The notes: generated from the letters alone by a model not told the origin. A stretch of DNA of 64,000 nt from Octopus vulgaris (GCA_951406725.2 OX597820.1:75826001-75890000); one strand, 5' to 3'; positions 1-14,614 are shown, counted from the first letter of the stretch. Translations and numbers: made by a program.

Positions 1-90
1 GCTCATTGGGAGAGTGTCCTGTACTTTAGCCTCGGGCCGACTAAAGCCTTGCGAGTGGATCTGGTAGATGGAAACTGAAAGAAACCCGTC

Positions 91-141
<51 letters not shown>

Positions 142-345
142 TGTATTTGTGTGTCTGTATCTGTCCCACTACCATCGCTTGACAACCGATATTGGCGTGT
201 TTAGGTCCCCATAACCTAGCGGTTCGGGAAAAAAAAATAAAAGAATAATACTAGACTTACAGAGGTTAAGTCCTGGGATCGATTCGTTCGACTGAAGACT
301 GTGCTCCAGTATGGCCGCAGTCAAATAGCTGATAAAGTAAAAGTA
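1..345 (+). mobile_element. SINE family A (head truncated by the window edge)
   Basis: cctcgggccgactaaagccttgcgagtggat, central microsatellite, ...gtgctccagtatggccgcagtcaaat tail. Confidence 0.85.
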
Positions 346-502
346 TATATATATATATATATATGTATAAGTTAGAGGTGTTTAAAACCTCTAAGGGATG
401 GTTAAACACAAAGGCACTCCTGGTGATTACCTGCGTAGGTACAGTTCTTGGTAAAATGTATAGAGTAGCAGGTAATTCAGCAGGTAAACCGTAGTTTAAA
501 TT

Positions 503-1140
503 ATATGCAGAAAGAAAATGGAGGGAAAATAACAGGAAGAGGTTGGTCGTTTGCGCCAGTAAGCCATTAAGTTAATTAATTTATAAAGAAAAGTAATAGT
601 ACATTTCCGATCGATTTTGTTTACCAGTTGTAGTGTTAGACATCATCAGAATCCGAAGTCATATGTAGAGGTAAGAAGAGAGAAAGACATAGGGATCCAT
701 TGGTAACGAGAATAAAGACCAAGAATGGTGAGTCTTACATTATAGTATGTTTCTTAGTTGATAATTTTGCTGCGAAGTTTAGCCAGAATAAACACGTAGA
801 AAATATGCGTTTACTTAAACTTGGGACTACAGATCAAAATAACCTCCCTCCTACATACACTTCGCAGCAAAATTATCAACTAAGAAATCTACTAAAATAT
901 AAGACTCACCATTCTTTGTGTATAATCTCGTTACCAACGTATCCTTATATCTTTCGCTCTGCTTAGCTCTACATATGACTCTACATTCTGATGATGTCTA
1001 CCACTAAAAGTGGTAAACAGAAACGATCGTAAATGTACTATTACAACCACTTTTCTTTATTAATTAACTAAATTAATGGGTTACTAACACAAACGACCAA
1101 CCTCTTCCTGTTATTTTCCTTCCATTTTCTTCTTGTATGT
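503..1140. mobile_element. Foldback element (arms about 503-778 and 859-1140) with a hammerhead motif in each arm; putative non-autonomous Penelope-like element
   Basis: ggaaaataacaggaagaggttggtcgtttg pairs with caaacgaccaacctcttcctgttattttcc; tttcttagttgataattttgctgcgaagt pairs with acttcgcagcaaaattatcaactaagaaa. Confidence 0.85.
982..1037 (+). ncRNA. Type I hammerhead ribozyme (predicted)
   Basis: tacatt-CTGATGA-tgtctaccact aaa agtggtaaaca-GAAA-cgatcGTA-aatgta. Helix I 6 bp, helix II about 10 bp, palindromic helix III (ACGATCGT), GUA cleavage triplet. Confidence 0.82.
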
Positions 1141-1490
1141 ATATGTATGTATGTATATAAAGATACGGGCTGTTAATAGTTTCTTGCTGTGAAAACATGT
1201 GTCTGGGCAGATTTCTATAACACGCTTTGTGTCTACAACCAACCAAATCCTGGCTTTGAGCACCTGCCTAAACACGTGTCAAAGTACGAAGCCATTAGAA
1301 AGTCGTATCTCTAAACTGTGGACATTCACTGATATCATCCTCTCACTGGATGGTGTAGTCTCTCTTTTTGTTGATCTTGCTTTAACGGAACAGCAATATA
1401 TATAAATATACCCGTCTGTTTTCTTGTGTCGTCTCTTTGTGTGTTTTTGCGTTCTTGTCCCACTTTGTAATTTATATTTTATATTTAATT

Positions 1491-1555
<65 letters not shown>

Positions 1556-2079
1556 TTATACACATACACACACAGGCACACAAATGTATATATATATATT
1601 CATTGTATGAAACAGACCCAGTATTAGATTAAAGTAGCCATCCTGCATAATGTAGATACATCCTGAAAGGCAAATTTACTACGGTTTTCGACCGTACCTA
1701 GTATCTATTATGGACCTGCCATGTATAAATACACAAATATATGCATGAGAGAGCGACATATATAACACAGCAAGTATATAAGAGATATTATTTTTATATA
1801 TGGTGGAATAAACCGTGAGGCAGAAACTGAATATCAGTCAATATTCATTTTATTATTAATCTTTATTCTACTACTTATATTCAGAGTCCTCAGCCCTTTT
1901 TTGTCTTCCTTTAAAATGACTTTTCTACATACATGCATACAGATATATGTGTATGTATGTGTTTGTGCGTGTGTTTTGGAGACGCATGTGTGTTTTTGTG
2001 TGTAGGTGTCTGTGAGTTCCCTTTATGTATAAATATCACTGTCTATTTAATCATGTTCGTAAAATTGGATTGAAGAAGA

Positions 2080-2129
<50 letters not shown>

Positions 2130-2281
2130 GTTTATATGTAGATATATATATATATTGCACATATATATACGCACATCATATATATATGCATACATATACA
2201 TGTGTACATATATATATGAATATGATATGTACATATGTATATGTATGAACGTATGTATATATATGATGTATGTATATATGT

Positions 2282-2320
<39 letters not shown>

Positions 2321-2491
2321 ATATATATATATACGTATATTTAAATACATGCTTATATATATGCATATTTACATATATACATGTATATATATAGTCACGT
2401 ATATACAAATACATATATATATACATTTATACATATATTTTTATATACATACATGTATATATATATATAAGAATGAATGTTTTTATATATA

Positions 2492-2812
2492 ATGAACGTG
2501 AAATACAGGAAGGGACGAACACGGAACACAGACAAATCATTCGAAGCCTTCAATCTTCAGTCAGACACCGAGTCATCATAGCAAATTTCGGCTGTTCAAT
2601 TCTGATATTTGCTCCAACTCGGCCAGCGCCAAGAAAAAAAACTAAGCTGTAAGCATTAGATTTCTTGGTAGAAGACAGGAATGTGAACGCACAAGACGGA
2701 TGTGAATACAAGAGACGAAAACGAAATTGAAAACAGTAATGAATAAACAAAATATATAGAACGGTGGTTGTCATACGACTTTAGACCAAATGAGACAAAA
2801 ACACAACAACAA
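2492..2812 (-). repeat. Dispersed repeat between (TA)n tracts, homologous to 38545-38868
   Basis: Reverse complement shares ccaag.aatcta..gct..cagcttagttt..cttgg.gct.gcc..gttggagcaa...cagccgaaatt with the 38.6 kb copy. Confidence 0.7.
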
Positions 2813-2911
2813 CATATATATATATATACATATATACATATATATACATACACACGCATATATATATACATATATACATATATACATATATATATACATA
2901 CACACGCATAC

Positions 2912-2964
<53 letters not shown>

Positions 2965-4671
2965 TGTATGTATGTATGTTTGTATGTATACATATGTGAG
3001 AAGGATTTGGCGACTGAAAAAGATTTTAATGGAGAAATAGAAAGTGATATTTAATGAGAACAGGCTTAGAGATATGTATATTGGATATCTGAAATGAAAA
3101 ACCTGGCATTCTTTAAATATTTCTTAATGCAGAATTTTATGCACATTGCTCAAATACAGATAGTAAATTTTCCCCCAAAAAATAATCCCTTGTAAAAATG
3201 TAAAAAAACACGAGAACCTGGTATTGTTCTCAAATTCTCGTCCACCATTTTTAGTTAAATATGAGTAAAAAGCAAAACTGTGAGATAAAATACCTGAAAC
3301 AAATAAAATAATATAACCCACCCAACACCACCTACACTAAAAAATAGCTGTTTTGGGCTTGTTTGTTTGGTTGTTTGTTGTTTTTTTGTATATTTTGTAC
3401 CACATGTATTAACCTTATTTAAATATCTTTTAAATTTTATTTTGTTGTTTTGAGTCACTTGTAAAAATTATGTTAGAATGATGATTTGAAATAGATTACT
3501 GACTCACCTAACACCGCTACTCTTTCCAATCTTCCTTCCTCCATGTTGCTATGGGATTCATATTAGATCCACAATTTTCGCCATCGGCATACAAAACAAA
3601 GCAAGCAAGAGCATTCTCTAAAACTGCTGTAAGATATATGAAGCTAAAAATTTTAGCTGCAAGCTCTTAATGTGACGTAAATTATTTTATTTTTCCGAAT
3701 GAGGGTCTGTTTTGGATGATTATGGGCGTTCGGTGTCTAATTTTTAAGCAAGTTCTATTTTATTATGATGTATTTATGTATTTTTTCCTGTTATTTTGTT
3801 CTGTGGGTTTGTTTTTTAGTTATGATTTCTTTTTTTATATTCGTATTTTTTTTAATATTTTCGTATTTTTTCCAAGGTGAAGAAAGAAAATTGGTTGTAA
3901 ATTCTATGTGAAATCAATTGTAAACCATTAGTGCGTTAGAAAACAGGAATTGTGCGATTCTGATTCGACTCCTACCGTATTAGGAATAATGATTGCTGCA
4001 ACAAAACGATGAAAAATAAAAAACACACCGACAATAAATGGAATAGAATAAATCTAAATGTTGACAACAGCAGAAGCAGTAGCAGCAGTAGCAGCGCCAA
4101 AACTAGGAATAAAATATAAAAACAAAACATGTCAATCAACATTGCTGAATCAATGAAGGAGTAAGTACGTGATCGAAATGCTAGAAATAACAACCAAATA
4201 TCCTTCAGATAACACGTTTCTTTTTTAAAAGAGGATGACATTATAAATTAGGGTCTTCAGTGAACTATATATACAAAAAAAAGTATTTGTAATAAGGTGA
4301 TGATCATGGCTGGATTGCTTTTGAATGCATATCTCCTTGGTTAGGTTTGCAAACAACTCAGCAATGACGACCACAACAATAAATTTCTATTAAGCTTTAG
4401 GTCCTCCGGCGCAACTCGGATGTCAAGCTTCCCCGCCACCGGATTTGGTCGGCTCCTACCATTTCACATTCATTCCATGTCCTGTTGACGACAGCAGAAG
4501 CAGCAGCAGCAGTTGTAGCAAAAACGATAGCAAAACGAATCAACAATGTCAGTAGGAAAAATATATATTTGTCTTTCAAAATAAAGTTTCTAAAAAATGT
4601 GGTCTGCGCCTAACGCAAAGCTGCTTTCAAGTGTGAGAGAGAGAGAGTCACGATATTCTATCACAAAATAG

Positions 4672-4907
4672 GGCGGTGAGTTGGCAGAAACGTTAGCACG
4701 CCGGGCGAGATTCTTAGCAGTATTTCGTCTGCCGTTACGTTCTGAGTTCAAATTCCGCCAAAGTCGACTTTGCCTTTCATCCTTTCGGGGTCGATAAATT
4801 AAATACCAGTTACGCACTGGGGTCGATGTAATCTACTCAATCTCTTCGTCAATTCCTTTGTTTGTCTTCTCTATGTTTAACCCCCTGTGGGCAATAAATA
4901 AATAAAT
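4672..4907 (+). mobile_element. SINE family B (Meta-domain-like core), full length
   Basis: GGCGGTGAGTTGGCAGAAACGTTAG...GAGTTCAAATTCC...GTCGACTTTGCCTTTCATCCTTTCGGGGTCGATAAATT...(AAAT)n. Confidence 0.88.
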
Positions 4908-5690
4908 ATTCTATAGCAAAATAGTTGAATGCTAGATCAAGATGTGCTCTTAAAACAGATATTACATGTACTTGCAGTCGGAAATGTGAAGACGTGTGAC
5001 CCAGTGTTTGGAGTATTACCAGCTTAAAACGATGAGCATGCACAGAAGTAGACCGCTTGCATAAAAATGAACTTGAAATACGGAAAATGTCATACGTGTA
5101 AAAGATAGCAATTGCGTCAAACTGGAGTTGCGAATGAAATACTTAATTTAAATAAAAAACTGCACTTAACACCCTTGAAGGGATGTCGCTTAGTGGTTAA
5201 GATGTTGGATTTACGATCGAAAGATCCTGGTTTCGATTCTTGGACAAAAGGTTGCGTAGTGTTCTTGGCGAAAACACATCACATTACTCCAGTTCATTCA
5301 TTTGTAAATGAATAACCCTGCGACAGACTGGCGTTCCATTCAGAGGAGATGTTACTATTTCGGTCACTTATACCTATAGAAACCAGGTAACAGCCAGCTG
5401 TGTGAGTCCTTGGACTCGAGACAGTAATGTACACTCAGAAAAATGGCTAACTCTCAACTAAACTACCACTGGGAATAATTTCAATTCATACTGGTTTCCA
5501 AAGCCTTGAGAACAACATAATCACAATGTTTACTAAATGGCAGGTGTATAGGTATTTGGAAACTTAAACAAAAGAAAATATATTGGTTTCTAACATTGGA
5601 ACAAAGCAGCCGACATAGGTTTTCAAGAAATGGTGAGGTTACGTCCTTGTGGTGTAACGGTTCAGGCTTAGCGGCCAATAGAATAAGTAT

Positions 5691-6101
5691 ACTCTTTACT
5701 CTTTTACTCTTTTACTTGTTTCATTCATTTGACTGTGGCCATGCTGGAGCACCGCCTTCAGTCGAGCAAATCGACCCCCAGGGCTTATTCTTTGTAAGTC
5801 TAGTACTTATTCTATCGGACTATTTTGCCGAACCGCTAACTTACGGGGACGTAAACACGCCAGCATCGGTTGTCTAGCGATGTCTGGGGGCAAACACAGA
5901 CACAAAAACAAATACACCCACATACATACATATATACATATATACGATGGGTTTCTTTCAGTTTTCTTCTACCAAATCCACTCACAAGGCTTTGGTCGGC
6001 CCGAAGTTATAGTAGAAGACACTTGGGCAAGGTGCCTCGCAGTGGGACTGAACCCGGAACCATGTGGTTCGTAAGCAAACTACTTACCACACAGCCACTC
6101 C
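5691..6101 (-). mobile_element. SINE family A, full length, inserted into an older family A tail
   Basis: Head GGAGTGGCTGTGTGGTAAGTAG...GGTTCAGTCCC (A and B boxes). Tail GGCGGTGCTCCAGCATGGCCACAGTC...GAAACAAG(TAAAAGAG)n. Confidence 0.9.
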
Positions 6102-6279
6102 AACGTATCAAACATTTAAAAATTAATTATTGGGGTCGCTTTGTTACACTACGGTGCCCCAATATGGCTACAGTCGATTGCGTGTAACAAGAAAAAGTAT
6201 AGTTTTATATTTAAGAGATGAGGAGTTATGTACATTATTTACAATTGACGGATATTTGTCATCATCTAGTTTGTTGTTA

Positions 6280-6323
6280 ACACAACGTTTCGGCTGATGT
6301 ACCCTCCAGCCTTCATCAGGTTT
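6280..6323 (-). ncRNA. Minimal type I hammerhead ribozyme, inverted copy (predicted)
   Basis: Minus strand reads aaac-CTGATGA-a-ggctg gagggtacat cagcc-GAAAC-GTT-gtgt, with one mismatch in helix I. Confidence 0.65.
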
Positions 6324-6396
6324 CTTGGGGGAAATTTCGAACCTGGGTTCTCATTCCTAAGGTATTTTTCGATGTTGTTGTTATTATTACTATTAC

Positions 6397-6509
<113 letters not shown>

Positions 6510-6635
6510 GTAGTAGTAGCAGCATTCAGGTCACTGCCTGGAATCACGGGCATATGGCATAGTGGTTAAGAGCGCGGGCTACTAACTCCAAGATTACGAG
6601 TTCGATTCCAGGCAGTGAGCTGAATAATAATAACC

Positions 6636-6687
<52 letters not shown>

Positions 6688-6755
6688 TTATAATAATAAC
6701 AACAACAACGAAAAAAATGTTAGGAATGAGAATCTAGGTTCGAAATTTCCCCAAG

Positions 6756-6799
6756 ACACCTGATGAAGGCTGGAAGGTATATCAGTCGAAACGTTGTGT
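6756..6799 (+). ncRNA. Minimal type I hammerhead ribozyme (PLE-type, predicted)
   Basis: acac-CTGATGA-a-ggctg gaaggtatat cagtc-GAAAC-GTT-gtgt. Helix III is reduced to the palindrome AACGTT. Confidence 0.75.
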
Positions 6800-7674
6800 T
6801 AACAACAAACAAGATGAAGACAAATATCCGTCAATTATAAATAATTAAATAAGGTAAGTATAAAAAAATAATTAAAAAATAAAATCAATAAAAGTAATGA
6901 GGTATAGAAAAAAGTAGAAAAAGAAAAATTGACAATTTTGAAGACGATGATATGATTTTGAGATGACATATTAAAAAAGGACAGCAAAAAACAGTTAAAT
7001 GTGAGATTGAAACCTGACATGAACAATTGTTATGAGATATTGATAGAATCTTAAAATAAAGAAGTAAATATGAAGCTTATTAGACAGGAATAAAATACAA
7101 TGGTAGCGAAGATTGTTAAACAAGGATTCTATCTGTCTCTTAATAGGCATCATTTATCTGTTGAAATAAACAACAAATTTGATGTATTTTGTAGTGAATT
7201 CATTTCTATGTTGATAAGGTGAAATTACTTTTTTATAGCAATTAGAGAGAGAAAGCATCGAGAATAACTTTTTTCAAATAAGTCGGAGCTACTATGCTAT
7301 TTTCTCATCTTTTGTTACAAATTTTCGAATTTCCCACTCTGTCATTCATCTCTGAAATAATCATTATCTTATTTTAATTAATATCTTTTCTATCTTGTAA
7401 ATTTTATTCAGTACTATATTATTATATAAACTTTTTTGTTTCTATTGACTTTTTTAGTGGACTAACAACACCCGCCCACTCTCTCTTGATACGACTCCTT
7501 CTCCCTCTTCCCTTCTTCCGAGCTTTTTTCGTTTTCTTTTCTATTTTCCCCTTTCGTTCTGCTCCCTGTGCCAAGCGCCTTCTATTCCTCCGCCCTACGT
7601 TTGTATACTTATATATATGAGTATGAATATATACATATACATGCACATATCTATCTACCTATCTTTCTATCTCC

Positions 7675-7705
<31 letters not shown>

Positions 7706-7982
7706 ACGTGACCACATGACCGGCCAGGCTATCAGATATTGCTACACATCACTGGTCACAATGCGCTTCGCATTGTTTTAGCCTTCAAATGACGCTAAAG
7801 AGAAAGAGTGAGAGGAAGCTGTGGCGAAAGAGTACAGCAGGGGTCGCCACCATCCCGTGCCGGAGCTTCGTGGAGCTTTAGGTGTTTCCGCTCAATAAAA
7901 ACTCACAACGCCCGTTCTGGGAATCGAAACCGCGATCCTATGACTGCGAGTCCACTGCCCCAACCACTGGGCCATTGCACTT

Positions 7983-8044
<62 letters not shown>

Positions 8045-8079
8045 GCATATATATATATATATATATGTATATGTATGTG

Positions 8080-8390
<311 letters not shown>

Positions 8391-9463
8391 TAAATTTTAT
8401 AAATATATATATATATATACATAATACATACCTGTATACATACATACATATATACATACATGCATACATACATACCAGGCGCGTTCTAAACGAAGCCGAC
8501 CTTTAGTCATAAAAAAGAGTTTTTGTGCATTTCACAAATTTTATTTAATCACATTTAAAATAATCCTCTTGGGAATTCACTGCTCTCAGCGGTTATGTGA
8601 ACCGCCTTACTGTACCGGGTAAATCCGGGGGTTAATTCTCTGTCGTAGGCTAACTTGGATGGAGGGACTACGTGTTATGACTTTTTATTAGTTTCTTCAT
8701 TCTAGGTAGGCACAGGCTTGACTATGTTGTAATTTCGTTTCCCAACTACTTAGTTCCGGGTTCAGTGTCATTGCATTGCACATTGGGCAAGTGTCTTCTA
8801 CTATAGCCGTGAGCCAAAAAAGCCTTGTCAGTGAATTTGGTAGAGAGAAGCTGAAAGAAGCCTGTCCAAACGACGAGGTTGATAGAATTTCTTTATTTTC
8901 TGTACTAAGGGTACCATTGGTTTCATGTTAAGGAGAATATCTTAATATCTTAACAAGTTTTCAAGCCGATATCATGGACGAATGGTGTTTGTTTACATTT
9001 TGGATAAAAACACAAAGTCACGTGAATTTGCAGAAATTCTCGTAAAGAAAACAATAAATCAAGGGGTGCTACTCTTGGATGACATCTTGTGAGTGGTCAT
9101 CTCCTTTGGATTTGAATTTTAGGGATACATACAAAAATACATATACTAGCAAGCCATCGGTTACGATGACAAGGGTCCCATTTCATCCAATCATGGAACA
9201 GCCTGCTCGTGAAGTTAACGCGCAAGTGGCTGAATACACCACAAACGCGCATACACTTAACGTAGTTCTGAGGGAGATCAATGTGATACAAAATGTGACA
9301 AGGCTGGCCCTTTGAATTACTGGTACAACTCATTTTTGTCAGCCGAATGGAGTGGAGCAACATGAAATGAAATGGCTTGCTCAAGGACATAACGCGTCGC
9401 CGAGGATCGAACACGCAATCTTACGATCGTGAACCGATTACCCTAACCACAAGGTCAAGCATC

Positions 9464-9507
<44 letters not shown>

Positions 9508-9645
9508 CAAGCTTATACCAAACTAACTGAAGCATTATATAGGAGCAGGCGCAGCTGTGTCGGAAGATGTTTCTTTCTCACTCACATGATTCCGGGTTCA
9601 GTCCCACAGCGTGTGTGCGTGCATGTGTGTGTGTATGTGCGTACG

Positions 9646-9705
<60 letters not shown>

Positions 9706-9708
<3 letters not shown>

Positions 9709-9920
9709 AAACACTCATTATCACTATGGGCTCCGTGCGGGCAGTCATCTAAACGTTTTTGTGCATCTTGATGCTGACATAAATTCCTTACTTTTCCTGA
9801 TGAGAAGGCGGCATAATGCACCCCTTATTCCTTCGAAATTAAGAATATGCAGCCTTCGAAACATATGTCGAAAATAAAATAAAGGAATTTTGTTAATTCG
9901 TCGTTCAACTCCATTCTTTC

Positions 9921-9925
<5 letters not shown>
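9706..9925 (+). mobile_element. About 220 bp hammerhead-containing repeat, copy 2, embedded in (TA)n
   Basis: Direct-orientation homologue of 8195-8390, with (TA)n on both sides. Confidence 0.85.
9792..9874 (+). ncRNA. Type I hammerhead ribozyme (predicted; best-preserved copy)
   Basis: ttttc-CTGATGA-gaaggcggcata...tatgcagccttc-GAAA-catatGTC-gaaaa. G10.1-C11.1 pair, palindromic helix III (ACATATGT), GUC triplet. Confidence 0.88.
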
Positions 9926-9968
<43 letters not shown>

Positions 9969-11712
9969 CGAGCCATGCATGAGCGTAGCTTAGAAAATGT
10001 TGTTTGCGAGACTGCCGAGATTCTGGCATTTTTGTTGTTGTTGCTTTTGTGTTGGTAATCTCCTCCTATCCTCATCCTCTCCTTCTTCGTCTTCTTTCTA
10101 TTTTTTTTATTTTTGTTTGTGCTGCTGTTGATAGGGGTGGTGGTCGTGATGGCGGTCTTGTTCTTGATGTAGTTTTATGTTGATTTTTTTTTGTTAGATA
10201 CGTTGCGTGTAATTACAAGACAACAGATGCCCATCAGACATTTAACGCAGCAAACTTTATAGAGATTACTTGGCTAATGATGATGATGAAATGATGGTTG
10301 GAGAAAGAAGGCATGGTTCTCTGTATGTATCTATTCGTGTCTGTATGTGTGTAAGTGTGAGCATATATGTAGGCGTATGTGTATAGTTCTCTACTATTAT
10401 GTGACCAGCCTATACTAAACTGTGCACATACACACACATACACACGTGAGAGCACACACACTCACACACACACACGCATATAAACAAAGAGACATAGCAC
10501 TCACAGACACACATACACTTACATATATACATATACAACGGGCTTCCACACAGTTTTCGTCGAATAAAATTATTCACAAGCACTGGTCGGCCCGGGACTA
10601 TAATGGGAGACATTTGCCCTAGGTGCATTGAAGTGGAACTGAACTCGAAGCCACGTGGCTCCAAAGTGATCCTCTTAACCGACCACACAGCCAAGCCTGA
10701 GCCTATTTGATTGTTTTTGAGTCGATTTTAATTCTTTTTTTAAATGTCTTTATTTCTTATTCTGGCAACAACAAAAAGATGTATTTACAAGATATCAGAC
10801 ATATTGGGTTTCTCGGTAGTTCATTTTTCTGCTTTTCTTAATCCACTCGACACAAAATAAATAAGTGAATAAATAAATAATAAAAATTGTAAAAAATAAA
10901 AAAAACGACTGAAGAAAATATATTCATCTTGTTCTCCTTCTATGCCCCCCCTCCACCAATTAGAATATAAGATATGAACCTCATCTCCGTTGTTGACGCA
11001 GCATTTAAAAAATTCGGGATCCTTTTCACTCTCTTCAAAGCTTCATTTAATTCAAGGCTCTCTAAAAGTAAACAAAACCTACATCTATGCCAAGCAATTA
11101 ATATCTCTACGCTCTACTGGCCTTTTCTATTAGAGATTTTTTTTTTCTTTTTGTAGCTCTCTATTGATCTATATTCACATCACATTGCCGCTCTACAACG
11201 TCTAAAAAAAATAATCAAATACGAGTAAACACGAGTGTTTGCATATACGAGTTCTCATACATACACAGAATGCACAGACGTACACACACTTAGGCAAACA
11301 TCATCGGAATTATAGGCGTAGCATAGACATTACTCAAACGGGCAAGCCAAAGTGAATATTCACGAACGAGCTGTGTGCACATATATGAATAGTGTGTTTG
11401 TTTGTTTGTGTGGGTGGTAGTGGTGGTTGCGGTGGTATATGTGCGTGAATAAATAAATACATATATATATATATATATATATATGTATATGTATATGTAT
11501 ATATATACATACATAGCATGCATTTATATATATACACATTTATAATATTTAAAAGCGCAATACATATATGTGTATAACTGCGTGTGTTTTTGAGCTTGTT
11601 TGCGCGTGTGTGTGTACATAAGTATGCATGCGTACATGTATATCTGTATATGTGGGTATAAATGAAGTGAACATCAATCAATGCATAGCTATTGAAGAAA
11701 ACAGACACACAA

Positions 11713-11765
<53 letters not shown>

Positions 11766-11839
11766 TAAGTATACGTATGTATACGTACATACATACAGAC
11801 ATGTATGAATATATATATATACAAATATATACACATATA

Positions 11840-11902
<63 letters not shown>

Positions 11903-11906
<4 letters not shown>

Positions 11907-12036
11907 AAGGGTGAAAAGGAACACACGAGTTGATATATATGAAAAAACAAGTCAAGATAGAAAATGCTAAAATAATTTTATAAAGAACATTTCCGTACCG
12001 GTTTCGGTCATTTTGAGACCTTTTCAACTGTAACGC
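11903..12036 (-). mobile_element. PLE pLTR-like fragment with a variant or degenerate hammerhead motif (11992-12032)
   Basis: Minus strand reads acag-TTGAAAA-ggtc tcaaaat gacc-GAAA-ccgGTA-cgga. Core is non-canonical; the fragment abuts (TA)n. Confidence 0.45.
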
Positions 12037-12689
12037 CACAGCGTCGACTGTGGGCCAGTAGCTGTGTACAGTCACCCCAATGGCGCCCAGAGCGAGCGTG
12101 TACATATTACATGGACCCTAAGTAAGACATGTGTAAAATTTGAATGTAATTGGTTTTGTAGTTCTCATGTTTTAGGGATTCACATAGACAGACACACATT
12201 TCATGATAAGTAAATAACGCAGTGGGGCAGAACCCAGGACCATGTGTTTTGGAACGAAGTTTGTTACCTCACAGCCATACCTGCACCTATGTATGTGTGT
12301 GTGTGTATGTGTGTATGGATGTATATATGTATGCATGTATATATGTGAATATATATATGTGTGTACATATTACATGTACATCTACACATATAGATATATA
12401 TGTATACATGTATACATATACATCTATATGTATAGAAATAAATGTATACCTATACAGCTATACACACAGACACACACATGTATATGTGCAGGTGTGGCTG
12501 TGTGGTAACAAACTTCGTTCCAAAACACATGTTCCTGGGTTTAAATTTAAAATAATAATGGTGAGAAATTGAATATTATTTGATTAATATGAATTGAAAA
12601 CCAGTGGTGTAGCATATAAGACCATAGCGGATCTTCTTCTAGCAAAATGGACGTCCACTGTAAATGGTTCATCCCTCTTATATAATGGT

Positions 12690-12968
12690 TTGACTTTAAT
12701 ACTTTCAGTATTAAAGTGAAAGTATCTGACATTACAATAGAGAGATGTTTTTGTTTCACTTTTAACACGTAATACTGAAATAGTGGAGAAGATATGATAT
12801 TACTGTGGGCTCGCCGTGGGCAGGAAGTTAGAAATGTTTTGCCCATGATACACCTGAACCCTGAGTAAGGCATGTGTAAAATTTGAATGAAATTGGTTGT
12901 GTAGTTCTCAAGTTCAAGCTCAGAGAGACAGACAGACACACACACATTGTCAGTTTTATACATATAGA
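12690..12968 (-). mobile_element. Helitron 5' portion (same family as 16162-16880); further fragment at about 12092-12205
   Basis: Shares tttttgtttcacttttaacacgtaatactgaaatagtggagaagatatgatatt and gtaaggcatgtgtaaaatttgaatgaaattggttgtgtagttctcaag. Begins TCTATATGTATAAAACTG on the minus strand. Confidence 0.78.
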
Positions 12969-13366
12969 TTGTTGCATGTTATTGTACTAGCGAAAGATTG
13001 TCTTCGACATAAACGAGACGGTTTTTCTTTAAATAATTTTTAATGTTTATTCATAATATATTATGTTATAATATAAATAAGTTATTGGATTGTGAAGTAT
13101 AGCTCTCTATTTAATTTTTTTTGTAATTTGCATAATACCCAAATTTATGTGGATTCAACTGACATACCAGGGAATTGGATGTTTCACACACCCGCGATCT
13201 AATCGACTGGCCCCACTTCCCCAAAAATTCCTACCCCGTGCCTAGAGTAGAAAAGGATATATATATGTATGTTTATATATACGTATGTTTATGTTTATAT
13301 ACATATATGTTATATATATATATGTATGTCTATATGTATGTTTATATATATGTATGTTTATATATA

Positions 13367-13402
<36 letters not shown>

Positions 13403-13643
13403 TGTATGTATATATATGTATGTTTATATATATGTATGTTTATAAATATATATATATATATGTAAACATACATATGTATAAATATATGTATATATAAACA
13501 TACATATATATGTATAAACATACATATATATTTATACATATGTATGTTTATATATATATATTTATACATAAGTATGTTTATATATATATTTATACATATA
13601 TATGTATGTTAATATATATATATGTATATATATGTTTATACAT

Positions 13644-13712
<69 letters not shown>

Positions 13713-13754
13713 CATATTTATGCATGTATGTTTATATATATACATGTTATATAT

Positions 13755-14240
13755 CTATATCTATATATCAATATCTATAAATCTGAAATGCGAAAAGTTT
13801 GTTTGTCAGGTTTTGGCATTGGAACGGGTTCTAGGCCACTAGATCCCGTGGGATTGATTCCAAAATTTACAAGGACATGTGAAATGAGGTGAGGATGCGA
13901 GTGAGCTAGGTTAGCAATCCCCATCTTAAAAGGTGTCGTTGCTAGGGACAAAAACGCACTTTGACAAGTCTACTCTCATTCTTTTTTGTATCTGTCTTTC
14001 TCCATCACTCACTCTCTTTCCTCCCTTCCTTTCACGTTCTATCTATAACGTCGTTTCACAGCGTCTACCTCCCCTTCACTTTCTCTTTATAACGTCGTTT
14101 CACAGCGTCCTATATCTCCCCCTCCCCGCCTTCGACAGCGTTTTCACACACTCTCTCTCTCTTTCTCTCTCTCTCTCTACGTCTGTCTGCATTCATAGAG
14201 AGAACTATCATCGCCACGACCAGCACCATCACAATTATTA
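13755..14240 (+). mobile_element. Probable Helitron 5' fragment (third family)
   Basis: TCTATA...AAATCTGAAATGCGAAAAGTTTGTTTGTC start is typical of non-autonomous Helitrons. No 3' hairpin or CTAG seen. Confidence 0.45.
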
Positions 14241-14561
14241 GAACAAATATTATGAATCATATATTTATTGGGCTAATTTGTATATGTGTATGTGTGTGTG
14301 TGTTTTATATGTAAATATGTATATATAATGTATATATACAAAGTGTATATATGTGTATTTATGTATATTAAACTTTTTAATACTTTTTGATAGATATATA
14401 TTTTAAAAAAAATTATATATATAAACTAATAATTTTAATTTTGAATTTAAATAATTTAAATTTTTAAATTTTATATTTTATATATTTTGAATATTATATT
14501 TTTATTTCTATGTTTTGGTTTATGTTTTCCACTGTTTGATTTGCCTAATAGTGGTTTTATC

Positions 14562-14614
<53 letters not shown>

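Noticed and set aside
1253-1285. gcttt...AAAcacgtGTCaaagt, resembling a hammerhead 3' half
   Set aside because: CTGANGA is absent; at best a decayed relic.
4397-4579. GC-richer patch with a 60 aa minus-strand ORF as a possible exon
   Set aside because: No recognisable protein motif or clear splice sites.
6548-6624. Functional tRNA gene
   Set aside because: A and B boxes are present but the acceptor and anticodon stems do not pair; it is a retroposon head.
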